Counted from the stretch's first letter, positions 9,306 through 18,264 are shown. The stretch is 58,158 nt of DNA from an uncultured Bacilli bacterium (GCA_944329195.1 CALVHX010000002.1:1-58158), one strand, 5' to 3'. Numbers and translations: made by a program. Notes: generated by a model not told the origin, from the letters alone.

Positions 9306-9455
9306 CTAATTGTTACATTTTTTAGGGTTTGCATACCCGTGAAATATTCCAGTTACAAAGCTTATTAATCCAGTTATTAATATAACTACTGTAGTAGCAC
9401 TAATGCCACCGCCACCATCTACTTTCTTCATTTCTTCTTTTGTTATTTTTTGCAT
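9306..9455 (-). CDS. Double-glycine-leader peptide A (49 aa), class II bacteriocin-like precursor; not in the ORF track
   Basis: Hand-translated: MQKITKEEMKKVDGG|GGISATTVVILITGLISFVTGIFHGYANPKKCNN. SD GGAGG lies 5 nt before the ATG. Leader has I-12, E-8, M-7, V-4, GG. Hydrophobic mature core. Confidence 0.75.
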   Translation of the reverse strand: MQKITKEEMKKVDGGGGISATTVVILITGLISFVTGIFHGYANPKKCNN

Positions 9456-9466
9456 ATATTCCTCCA

Positions 9467-9898
9467 TTATTTATTCAATATGTACTCTATTATTTTCTTA
9501 TCTTCCTTCACCACCTTTAAATTGATAACTAAATTATTTAATTTATATTTTATTGGTAAATTTACCTTTATTTTTATTATCTGATATGTATCGACATTAT
9601 CGGTAAAATACTCACTATCGATGTTTATGATTTTATAGCTATATAATTTTCCATCAATTACTAATTTGTTATTATTAACTAGATATTTTACTTTAGAAAT
9701 AGGGATATAAATTTTCAAGTAATACTCATTTTCTTCATTTATTATTATCCCTCTCAGATCATAATATGTTTTATAATTAAATACTGTAAATATTATAATT
9801 AAGGAGAGCATTATTATAATAATTATCATTATGTATACGTAAATAAAAGGTTCAACTTTTCTTTGAAGAATTATTTCATTATCTATATATTTATTCAC
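9467..9898 (-). CDS. Small single-pass membrane protein, possible minimal HlyD-like export accessory (or immunity) protein
   Basis: 143 aa; one N-terminal TM helix then a beta-rich domain; GTG start overlaps the ABC stop (GTGA); sits between the exporter and the peptides. Confidence 0.45.
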   Translation of the reverse strand: MNKYIDNEIILQRKVEPFIYVYIMIIIIIMLSLIIIFTVFNYKTYYDLRGIIINEENEYYLKIYIPISKVKYLVNNNKLVIDGKLYSYKIINIDSEYFTDNVDTYQIIKIKVNLPIKYKLNNLVINLKVVKEDKKIIEYILNK

Positions 9899-11976
9899 TC
9901 GTTATTCCTTATTGAATTAATTACGCTTCCATTATCTATCTTAATCACACGGTCATATAAGTCTATATTTTCTTTTCGGTGTGATACGATAATTATTGTA
10001 CTATCATAAAAGTAATAAAACATATTCTTTAAAATTTTTCTCTCTAAATTAATATCTATTTGACTTAAACCCTCATCAATCATAATTATTTTTCCTTCCT
10101 TTAATAAACTCCTAGCGAGTATTATTCTTTGACGCTCACCACCAGAAATATTACATCCATTTTCTTCTAGTAAATAGTCATATCCTAAAATATTTTCTTT
10201 GATTATGTCATTGATATAAAATATTTTACATATGTTTAAGTATTTTTCTTCCTTTATATTTCTACTTAATAGTATGTTATTTCGAATACTATCTGTATAA
10301 AGTTGTTCATTTTGAGATATATAAATGATTTCTCTTCTAATATCTGACATACTGTAGTCATTTATGTCATAGTTATTTATAAAAACCATGTTCCGCTGTA
10401 TTTGACAGTATTTATATAGTATTTTTAAAATAGTAGACTTTCCACTACCAGAAGAACCCAAAATTAGCACTTTTTCTCTATCTTTTATTTCTATACTTAT
10501 ATTTTTTAATATATATGTTTTGTTATTGTATGTGTAATCTAAGTTGCTTATATTAATGTTACCATTGATGTTTAATTTTCTCTCTTCATAAATTTTTTCA
10601 CCTTCTATTTCAAAAAGTGAGTTTGCTCTTTGCAGAGACGATTTGTTATAAAAGTATTCGTTTGACAATTCAATTAAATTATTCAATGGATAAATTAAAT
10701 AATTCATTAAATAGGATATTGTCACATAGTTTCCTATTGTTAATTTACCTTCCATAATGTATCTCATACTAATAAAACTAATCAATAATATACTTATGTC
10801 CCCAATAGCATTTTGAAGCGATAACATTAGATTATTTATTTTGGTAAAGTTATAACTGTTATTTAAACCTTCACTATATATTTTACTAAATTTTAAAATA
10901 GTATTATCTTCTATATTTAAACCTTTAACAGTTTCAAATGAGCTAACTGACTCAATTATGTTGTTATTTATTTTAGCATTATCTTCTTGATTTACAATTA
11001 CACTTCTTCTCGTATGAGGTATGAAGAAAGATAGCGTTATTATATTGATTATCTCTACAAAGACAATTAGATATGTTATTTTTTTATTTATGTTATAAAT
11101 AATTACAATCGACACGACAAAAGTTAAGGTATCTAAAAACAGCACTACTATAGATTTAGAAATAAAATTTTTTACATAAGATAGATCTTTAACTCGTGAT
11201 AAGATGTCTCCAGTGGTTCTATTTTTGTAATAACTGAAGGGAAGTAAAATTACTTTGCTAAATGCACTTATGATTATGCTACTATCTATTTTTTGATTTA
11301 AATAAATGATTAGATGACCTCTGATGTAACCAGTTATGATTTTTATTATATGAAAGATACAGAAAACAATTGTTATTACAACTAAATTATGCACATTGGT
11401 ATCTAAAATTTTGTCAAAGACTATTTGAGTATACAGTGATGTAATTCCTGTTATAATGGTAAATATTATCGACAACAAAATTAGGAAAATTATCAACTTT
11501 TTATTATTAAAGATGATTTTGAACAATAATTTATTTAAAACTTTTTCTTTGGGGTATAATGGTAACTTTCTAACTTTTTCAAATATCATTAAATAGCCAG
11601 TCCAAATTTCATTAAAATCAAATAAATCTTTTGTACTTTTACCTATTGCTGGATCCATAACTAATACTTTATCGTTACTAATTTTATAAACTACAACAAA
11701 GTGAGTGTAATTTTTATTCTTTAACTGAACTATGTAAGGCGCCGGAATATTTTTGATTTTTTCAATGTCATCTACTTTATATGCTCTACTTTCTAATCCT
11801 AGTGATGAGGCCGCTAATGAAATGTTATAAAAATTTGTTCCTTCTTTAGTTGTATTTGTCATATCTATCAATCTCTCAATAGAAATATCACCTCCGTAGT
11901 AACGAATGATTGATAGTAATGAAGCCGCACCACAATCTTTGTTTCCTTCTTGTAATACAATTAAGCTTTTTTTCAT
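9895..11976 (-). CDS. Bacteriocin-type ABC exporter with N-terminal C39 peptidase domain
   Basis: QEGNKDCGAASL (Cys), NYTHFVVVY (His), VMDP (Asp); 6-TM domain; Walker A GSSGSGKST; ISGGERQR; Walker B IIMIDEG. Start set to the ATG after GAAGGGAG, not the 12078 extension. Confidence 0.9.
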   Translation of the reverse strand: MKKSLIVLQEGNKDCGAASLLSIIRYYGGDISIERLIDMTNTTKEGTNFYNISLAASSLGLESRAYKVDDIEKIKNIPAPYIVQLKNKNYTHFVVVYKISNDKVLVMDPAIGKSTKDLFDFNEIWTGYLMIFEKVRKLPLYPKEKVLNKLLFKIIFNNKKLIIFLILLSIIFTIITGITSLYTQIVFDKILDTNVHNLVVITIVFCIFHIIKIITGYIRGHLIIYLNQKIDSSIIISAFSKVILLPFSYYKNRTTGDILSRVKDLSYVKNFISKSIVVLFLDTLTFVVSIVIIYNINKKITYLIVFVEIINIITLSFFIPHTRRSVIVNQEDNAKINNNIIESVSSFETVKGLNIEDNTILKFSKIYSEGLNNSYNFTKINNLMLSLQNAIGDISILLISFISMRYIMEGKLTIGNYVTISYLMNYLIYPLNNLIELSNEYFYNKSSLQRANSLFEIEGEKIYEERKLNINGNINISNLDYTYNNKTYILKNISIEIKDREKVLILGSSGSGKSTILKILYKYCQIQRNMVFINNYDINDYSMSDIRREIIYISQNEQLYTDSIRNNILLSRNIKEEKYLNICKIFYINDIIKENILGYDYLLEENGCNISGGERQRIILARSLLKEGKIIMIDEGLSQIDINLERKILKNMFYYFYDSTIIIVSHRKENIDLYDRVIKIDNGSVINSIRNNE

Positions 11977-12254
11977 TTTACTCCCTTCATCTTTTATATA
12001 CAACTTTTCTGAAGATTTTTCTAAATTTTTGCAAATTTTTCTTATAAATAAATTATTCCAAAACATACGTACACACAAAATAGTAGACTTGATTTTGAGT
12101 ATAATATGCTTCTAAATTTGATCAAATTATTTAATAAACAGTATAGTTAAAAATATAATTTCTGATAGAAAATGGTAACAGAGAACATTATTTTTTTATC
12201 AAATATATGTATATGAAAATTTGTTTACATGCACATATTAGTATAAATTAAAAT

Positions 12255-12312
12255 ACTATAGTAGAAGTTCACTATAGTATTAATCATAGTATATTACAAT
12301 TGAAATTGTAAT
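12255..12312. promoter_or_regulatory. Cluster of palindromic repeats upstream of the exporter operon (possible operator sites)
   Basis: Self-complementary ACTATAGT at 12255 and 12271 (16-bp period), a degenerate third copy near 12284, then a 9-bp inverted repeat ATTACAATT-ga-AATTGTAAT (12293..12312). Confidence 0.3.
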
Positions 12313-12322
12313 TGAAAAAAAC

Positions 12323-13405
12323 TCAATCCAAAATTGTTGGATTGAGTTTTATTTTTCTCTCATCTATAATATAATTTAGTTTAAATTCTTCTTCTTGATC
12401 TTCTTTTTTAATATTATAAATGAAAATATAATCTTCATAATCAGATGTGTCCAATTCTTGCTCACGATATCCTATGCCAACGTCTTCAAAATAATAGTAA
12501 TATTTTAGACTTGGTATATATTTATTTTCTTTAGTTTCTAGGACAAAATTATCTAGTTTTAATTCATATTTGTCTGTTTTTCCTTTGATGGAAAATTTTA
12601 TGATAAAGTAACAATAATCTTTACTTATTCTATTTTTTTCAGATATGAAACTATCGGTTACTTTAATGTTGAAATAATTAGTTCCTAATGTCTCTTTCTC
12701 ATTTAAATCTCTATTCATTACAAATTTGTTAAATGGAAATGAGATTATTAGAATTAGGGTTATTATTATCAAAATAATGTTAATAAAAAACTTGTTTTCT
12801 GCATAATAATATTTAAGTTCTCTAAGTACCCTTCTTCCTACTTTTTTAATATTATCTGATTCAAATCCGATATTTATTTCAACTTCTTCACTGTCTTCCT
12901 TTTCTAATTTTAGTTCGTTTAAGTCTTTACTAAAGTTAAATTTTTTTATATCAAATCCTAAACCTCTTACTAATACTGGAAGGCATATTATGAACATGCC
13001 CCAAAAATTAAATCTGCTAATATCTCTTAACAATCGTATATTCCTTGCGGACATATTACTTACTTCTAATTCTTTTAAATTAGAATATAAGTAGAGAAAA
13101 CAAATGACAGATAATATACTTACTATTACTATTATTACATACAAAAGTTTTGGTTTTTTCTTATACCTCATTAAAAGAAAGATTACGACGGATAAAACGA
13201 TAACGAAGATGAAAGATATAAAAAGAAATGTGCTTATATAATTACTAGATATTACCTCGATATTTCCGCTTGTAGAAATGTAGTCTTTGAAAAATGAAAG
13301 TATACTATTTGCTCGATATGTGATATAGGCAAGTAATGCAAATAATATTAAATGTATAAGTCTGAAACTTTTTATTAATATGGCATATGGTCTTCTTAGT
13401 ATCAT
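12323..13405 (-). CDS. Polytopic membrane protein with extracytoplasmic beta-rich C-terminal domain, function unknown
   Basis: 360 aa; about 4 N-terminal TM helices, an acidic linker, a fifth TM, then a strand-rich domain that looks DUF4352-like by eye; ATGA overlap with the upstream gene; hairpin plus U-run over its stop codon. Confidence 0.6.
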   Translation of the reverse strand: MILRRPYAILIKSFRLIHLILFALLAYITYRANSILSFFKDYISTSGNIEVISSNYISTFLFISFIFVIVLSVVIFLLMRYKKKPKLLYVIIVIVSILSVICFLYLYSNLKELEVSNMSARNIRLLRDISRFNFWGMFIICLPVLVRGLGFDIKKFNFSKDLNELKLEKEDSEEVEINIGFESDNIKKVGRRVLRELKYYYAENKFFINIILIIITLILIISFPFNKFVMNRDLNEKETLGTNYFNIKVTDSFISEKNRISKDYCYFIIKFSIKGKTDKYELKLDNFVLETKENKYIPSLKYYYYFEDVGIGYREQELDTSDYEDYIFIYNIKKEDQEEEFKLNYIIDERKIKLNPTILD

Positions 13406-14865
13406 CTTTCTACATATCCCTCCAAATTGTTTGGATCCTCTAATTTATATGGGTCAGTACTAGTTCCTGTGCCTGATACAACAAGAGTTGATTTTTTTAA
13501 ATAAAGCGTTGGAATAATAGGATATGAACTATATGCATTTAAAGTCATTGCTCGTCCAGTGCTCGAGATAATCGTTACAGACATATCGGAGTTAAAATTA
13601 TTAGTTATCATCCACTGATTAGTACCGGTATGTAGCCAATCATTGTTGCGACATGCATAGGAACTTGTACTATTATTATAGTTATATAAATTTTGTGTAC
13701 ACTGTGAGAAGTCCGTCGCATATCCATAATCAGATGGATAAATTAGTCCTATTCCGCCAATCCATGTCGATGACTGCCCAGAGGGAACTTCACTTCCTCT
13801 TTCGTATTGATATGCCTCATCTGAATATATTTGTAAATTAGAGTCAATACCTCCTAAATTCCAAGTAGCATTGTCTATCATCCACCTTGTTTCTTCGTTT
13901 TTTAATCCCGTACTTGTGAAATCACAAGCTGTGGCAGCATTACTACGTCCAGAATAACAGTTTCCACTTGCTCCATTGTAATATAAACTTCCTCCTACGC
14001 TTTCACTCTCATATCCACTATTTAAGAGTTTCATGACGTCTGCTTGACTCCAATTATTTACCCCGTAACCAGAATTAGAAGTTGAACTTGAGCTATCCCA
14101 AGAATATGTGCCGATCGATTCTCCTCTAACAATTTTTGCTCTTCCGTTAAATACTCCTATTATTCTCCACAATTCACAAGTATCGGAAGTTTGACTACTA
14201 TAGTTGCTACAGTTAAAATATATATAATTGTTAGGGTCAGCACCGTAATATCTAATGTTTCCTCCATCTAAAGACTGCGTTGTACCACCTAATCTATCAT
14301 TCATTAGGCCGACACTGGTAGCGTAGTTATAACTTATACTGTTATTACTAACCGTCGTTTTACTTGCGCTATCATATAATTCACTTATCTTTTTTGAAAT
14401 ATCTACTGGTGGAGTATATACTTCAGATACTAGCGTTATACCCGATGGTACTATTAAATCGCCACCTCTTTCATATCCTAAAATTGTCGACAGTGTTATA
14501 CTTGTTTCGCCACCATTGTTTTCTAAAAATAATTTTATATATTTATATTCATTAGCGGCAACAATGCCATCTTCTGGAGATTCAGAATCGCTGTATACTT
14601 TAACTGATACCGAAGAATTAGTAGTATAACCAACAGCGTATCTAATTCTGCCGCTGCTTGTATTTTGTAATCTGTACATAACTGTTTTTGTACTATTTGC
14701 TGGAATAGTAACTGTTTTTGTGTTCAAAGATTCTAAGTTCACTAAATATAGATCTTCTTGATTTAAGTCTATTGTCGTATCAGTAGCAAATGTTTGATAC
14801 AGCGCCGCTATTGTAAGTGAAATCGTTAATACTATAGCTGATGTTATTATTTTTTTTTTCTTCAT
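13402..14865 (-). CDS. Secreted surface protein, function unknown
   Basis: Signal peptide MKKKKIITSAIVLTISLTIAAL; Ig-like N-domain; S/N/G/Y-rich body with ELWRIIG, IGLIYPSDYGYA, WMITNN, PTLYL...SGTGTSTDPYKL. Consensus promoter TTGCCT-17-TATAAT and AGGAG SD. Confidence 0.65.
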   Translation of the reverse strand: MKKKKIITSAIVLTISLTIAALYQTFATDTTIDLNQEDLYLVNLESLNTKTVTIPANSTKTVMYRLQNTSSGRIRYAVGYTTNSSVSVKVYSDSESPEDGIVAANEYKYIKLFLENNGGETSITLSTILGYERGGDLIVPSGITLVSEVYTPPVDISKKISELYDSASKTTVSNNSISYNYATSVGLMNDRLGGTTQSLDGGNIRYYGADPNNYIYFNCSNYSSQTSDTCELWRIIGVFNGRAKIVRGESIGTYSWDSSSSTSNSGYGVNNWSQADVMKLLNSGYESESVGGSLYYNGASGNCYSGRSNAATACDFTSTGLKNEETRWMIDNATWNLGGIDSNLQIYSDEAYQYERGSEVPSGQSSTWIGGIGLIYPSDYGYATDFSQCTQNLYNYNNSTSSYACRNNDWLHTGTNQWMITNNFNSDMSVTIISSTGRAMTLNAYSSYPIIPTLYLKKSTLVVSGTGTSTDPYKLEDPNNLEGYVER

Positions 14866-14939
14866 AAGCAATCTCCTCTTATATTTCTTATCTTACTATA
14901 TAAATTATATAATAAAATTTAATAAAAGGCAACAAAAAA

Positions 14940-14957
14940 TAGTCTCCTTAGAGACTA
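14940..14957. terminator. Intrinsic terminator of the alcohol dehydrogenase gene
   Basis: TAGTCTC ctta GAGACTA hairpin flanked by an A-run and a T-run. Confidence 0.6.
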
Positions 14958-15043
14958 CTTTTATATATAAACATAAGATAAATCTTATGACATTATATTT
15001 TATGCAAATACAGGTATTTTAGTTCTTTTTTTTGAGGATTATT

Positions 15044-16069
15044 TTATTTATTTGGATCAACTAAAATTTTAATTGAATCTGATATTCCAGAAGTTAATTC
15101 CTCATAAGAAGATTGTACATCTGAAAGTCCTACTATTTTAGATAGAAATCTTAAAACATCGATCTTTTTTTTGGCCATTAGGTCAATACATGTTTGAAAT
15201 TCTTCTTTTGTATAAGCTATTGCACCTTTTATTGTTAGTTCTCTCATAACCCCTACTACTGAAGGAATAGTGATTGGTTCCATTGAGACTCCTACCAAGA
15301 TTACTGTCCCTCCCGGTTTTGCTGATATTAGAGCACTCGTTACAGCGGATGATGAGCCCGAACAATCAATAACTAAATCATACCCATCTACTGTATCTTC
15401 TAACACTTTATCTACTAGTTTTTCATTTTTGGCATCATACCACTTATCCGCTACTTGTAGTTCTATAGCTTTTTTACCACGCTCTGGATTTGTTTCCGAC
15501 AGTGCTACAAAACTAGCTCCCTCTTTTTTAGCGAACATTGCGCAAACTAATCCGATTATTCCACCACCAATTATCAAAACTTTTTCTCCTACTTTAATAT
15601 TGGCTAGGTGAATGGCATGTAAGCCAACCGCTGTTGGCTCTACCATAGCCCCTTCTTCATCACTTATTTCATCGGGTAATTTAATAACCATGTCAGGTCT
15701 TACCGATAACTCGTATGCCATCGAACCGGGACTATCGAGCGATAATCCTGTAGCATATGTCCATGTTTGATGACAATACTGAAAATTACCTGTCAAACAG
15801 GCATGACAATTTCCACATGGTGATATTGGAAGAGCAGTAACCCTATCTCCTACTTTCAAGTCTTTTCTACTTCCAGGATTAACTACAGTACCACTATATT
15901 CATGTCCTATTACTAGTCCTTTGGGACTGCCGGCTTCCCAATAATGAATATCCGAACCACAAATTCCTGATTTTTTGACTGAAACGATGACACTACCATT
16001 TTGAGAAATGGGTTCGCTAATATCTTCTATTTCAAACTTTCTTTTATCTTTTAATACAACTGCTTTCAT
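15044..16069 (-). CDS. Zinc-dependent medium-chain alcohol/polyol dehydrogenase
   Basis: GICGSDIHYW, GHEYSG, structural-zinc CGNCHACLTGNFQYC, Rossmann LIIGGGIIG. Start at MKAVVLKD after AGGAGAG. Confidence 0.85.
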   Translation of the reverse strand: MKAVVLKDKRKFEIEDISEPISQNGSVIVSVKKSGICGSDIHYWEAGSPKGLVIGHEYSGTVVNPGSRKDLKVGDRVTALPISPCGNCHACLTGNFQYCHQTWTYATGLSLDSPGSMAYELSVRPDMVIKLPDEISDEEGAMVEPTAVGLHAIHLANIKVGEKVLIIGGGIIGLVCAMFAKKEGASFVALSETNPERGKKAIELQVADKWYDAKNEKLVDKVLEDTVDGYDLVIDCSGSSSAVTSALISAKPGGTVILVGVSMEPITIPSVVGVMRELTIKGAIAYTKEEFQTCIDLMAKKKIDVLRFLSKIVGLSDVQSSYEELTSGISDSIKILVDPNK

Positions 16070-16187
16070 TATTATCACTCTCCTAACTAAAAGTATAACA
16101 CAAAAGTTACTTAAAAATTCTTTTTCTTCGTAGCTATACAATCTACTTTACATTTCTTATAGTATTTTAGGGGTTTGAATTTGATAC

Positions 16188-17354
16188 TCATCTTTTTATT
16201 TGAGATGAAGCTTTTTTAGCGGTCAATAAACTATTGTATTCTTCTTTTATTTTTTTGAATCTTTCTTGGTTTTCTTCTATACCGACATAATGTTTTGGAT
16301 CTTTTAACATCATTTTTAATTTAGATGTAGTAATTATCCCAAGCTGATAATTATGTATAATTTGATTTATTACATCAAAATTGCCATCTTGTAACAACCG
16401 TTTTAATTTTACTTCTAAATAGTCTAGTATTGCTGACTGTATATTTCCAAGCACGCTTTGTTCTATGTTTTCATCTGAATATCTAAGCAAAAAATTTAAT
16501 TCAATATCTCTAAATAATTTAAAGGATTTATCTTCATCTTCAATATACCGCTGTAATTTTTCTTGTATTGGAGATATACCCAAATTTGAAAAATATCCTT
16601 CTTTGAAAACATCAATGCCTACTATTTGAATTAGTTGAAATACCAAGCTAGCTTCAAAATAATATTTTGATGATAGTTCGCTCCTTCCAGGAATGCCTGT
16701 AAATACTATTAATTCAGTAAAGCCTTCGGTAAGTCCTCTATTTTCTTCTTCTTGCTTTTCTGCTGGAAATTTATCGAATCCGCATAATGTTATTCCTGTT
16801 TTTTTATTATGGTTACTGGAAGACATGTGTGCTAACTCATGTAATAATGTTGCTCTATATTCATTCCAATAAAATTCTTCTGGGTGCTTCGAAAACTGTG
16901 CTAATTGCCATAATTCCAATAACGATTCTTTATAGATAATTATTTTATTATTACGAGTATCATATCCGCCAGCAGTACTGTTTTCTTCTTTAAAAATTTG
17001 CTCTTCTGGCCTTTTGACAAGTTCTACATTTAGGTTAAGCTCTGTATGAAGCGTTCCAATATTTCGATAAAGGTTATTCCTATGTCCGTACGGTATTATG
17101 CTCTCTAACCAATTGATTAAATTTAATACATATGGTTTATTTTCTATTTCATTGTTTGACTCTATTAAAGCTTCGAGTAAATCACTATTATAAACATAAC
17201 TATATTTATCATTTAACAATTTTTGTAGTTTTTTATCTTCTTCGTTTGAAAGCGGTGCAGGACCATCTTGTGTCTTTTTTAAAATCTTTACTTGCCTATT
17301 TTCATATATAACTATGTATTTATTTTCTCCTATTACAAAATAGCTGTCTGTCAT
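16188..17354 (-). CDS. Hypothetical zincin-like protein (HELAHMSSSNH motif)
   Basis: 388 aa cytoplasmic protein; HExxHxxxxxH spacing at LLHELAHMSSSNH, downstream LTEGFTE; no family recognised. Confidence 0.5.
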   Translation of the reverse strand: MTDSYFVIGENKYIVIYENRQVKILKKTQDGPAPLSNEEDKKLQKLLNDKYSYVYNSDLLEALIESNNEIENKPYVLNLINWLESIIPYGHRNNLYRNIGTLHTELNLNVELVKRPEEQIFKEENSTAGGYDTRNNKIIIYKESLLELWQLAQFSKHPEEFYWNEYRATLLHELAHMSSSNHNKKTGITLCGFDKFPAEKQEEENRGLTEGFTELIVFTGIPGRSELSSKYYFEASLVFQLIQIVGIDVFKEGYFSNLGISPIQEKLQRYIEDEDKSFKLFRDIELNFLLRYSDENIEQSVLGNIQSAILDYLEVKLKRLLQDGNFDVINQIIHNYQLGIITTSKLKMMLKDPKHYVGIEENQERFKKIKEEYNSLLTAKKASSQIKR

Positions 17355-17382
17355 ATTTTTATCACCTACTACATTTATTATA

Positions 17383-18264
17383 TCACACTAATTCATATTC
17401 TCTTGCAATAATCCTTTCATCTGAACAATATTTAATTACATACTCATTATCTTGTTTACATATGATTATTCCAACTGTATCGTTTTCATCAATAGTTTTT
17501 ATATTTTTATCAATGTAATTCATATATATCATTATTTGTCCTGTATGTTCTTTCTTTAATTCTGTTACTTTTAGTTCAACTACTACATAACACTTATATT
17601 TAATGTTATAAAGAAGTAAGTCAATATAATTATATCTATCAAGTAATTTAATAGGATATTCACTTTTAATAAATGTAAATCCATTTCCTAATTCTTCTAA
17701 GAAATTTTCAATATCTTCTAAGATTAATTTTTGTAATACCTTTTCTGAAAATATATCATATTTATTGCTATTTCTAATCATAATTGGATTCTTTACAAAG
17801 TCAACTACATTAGACTCATCATGATTTATTATTTTATTTTTAGTAGATTCCGGTAGTCTTTCATATTCGTTAGATTTTATTTTTTCTCTTAACTGCCTAA
17901 TTGATAAACTATTTAATTCAGCTATTTTGACATAATATTGAAATTTATTATCATCAAACCAAAGAACTTCACAATAATGACTCCAACTTAATTTGGCAGA
18001 CACTGTCTGCCATTTTTGAGATACTTTATAAAATCGTCTCATATTTCTTAAATTTCTTTGACTATATCCCGAACCTAATTCTTCGGTTAATCTTAATGAA
18101 TACTCTTTAATGATACTTTCTCCATATTGATTACCTGCTTCAAGTAATAATTTACCAACATTATAGTATGTATTTAAATCACTTTTATTAGTTGAGTAAC
18201 TTTTAACTTTTCGATTTATTTCATTATCTATTAAATTTTTCTTTATCTCGTTGTAATAATTCAT
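17383..18264 (-). CDS. YhcG/DUF1016-type PD-(D/E)xK nuclease family protein
   Basis: N-terminal helical DUF1016-like region (YYNVGKLLLE...GYSQRNLRNMRRFY...LSWSHY); C-terminal IDLLLY...VVVELK nuclease core. Confidence 0.7.
   Translation of the reverse strand: MNYYNEIKKNLIDNEINRKVKSYSTNKSDLNTYYNVGKLLLEAGNQYGESIIKEYSLRLTEELGSGYSQRNLRNMRRFYKVSQKWQTVSAKLSWSHYCEVLWFDDNKFQYYVKIAELNSLSIRQLREKIKSNEYERLPESTKNKIINHDESNVVDFVKNPIMIRNSNKYDIFSEKVLQKLILEDIENFLEELGNGFTFIKSEYPIKLLDRYNYIDLLLYNIKYKCYVVVELKVTELKKEHTGQIMIYMNYIDKNIKTIDENDTVGIIICKQDNEYVIKYCSDERIIAREYELV

Noticed and set aside
11977-12078. 34-codon N-terminal extension of the ABC exporter ORF (MCVRMFWNN...)
   Set aside because: There is no SD. The conserved C39 domain begins right after the internal ATG at 11976, which has GAAGGGAG upstream. 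Similar SD-less extensions were trimmed for thiI, the pilin, rpsU, adh, nifU-like, HD, tagA, licD, the VanY-like gene and the NTase-like gene.
14971-14990. 8-bp palindrome CATAAGAT-aa-ATCTTATG between adh and the secreted-protein gene
   Set aside because: It is short and AT-rich, with no flanking U-run, and sits between a defined terminator and a defined promoter. The evidence is insufficient to call it an operator.
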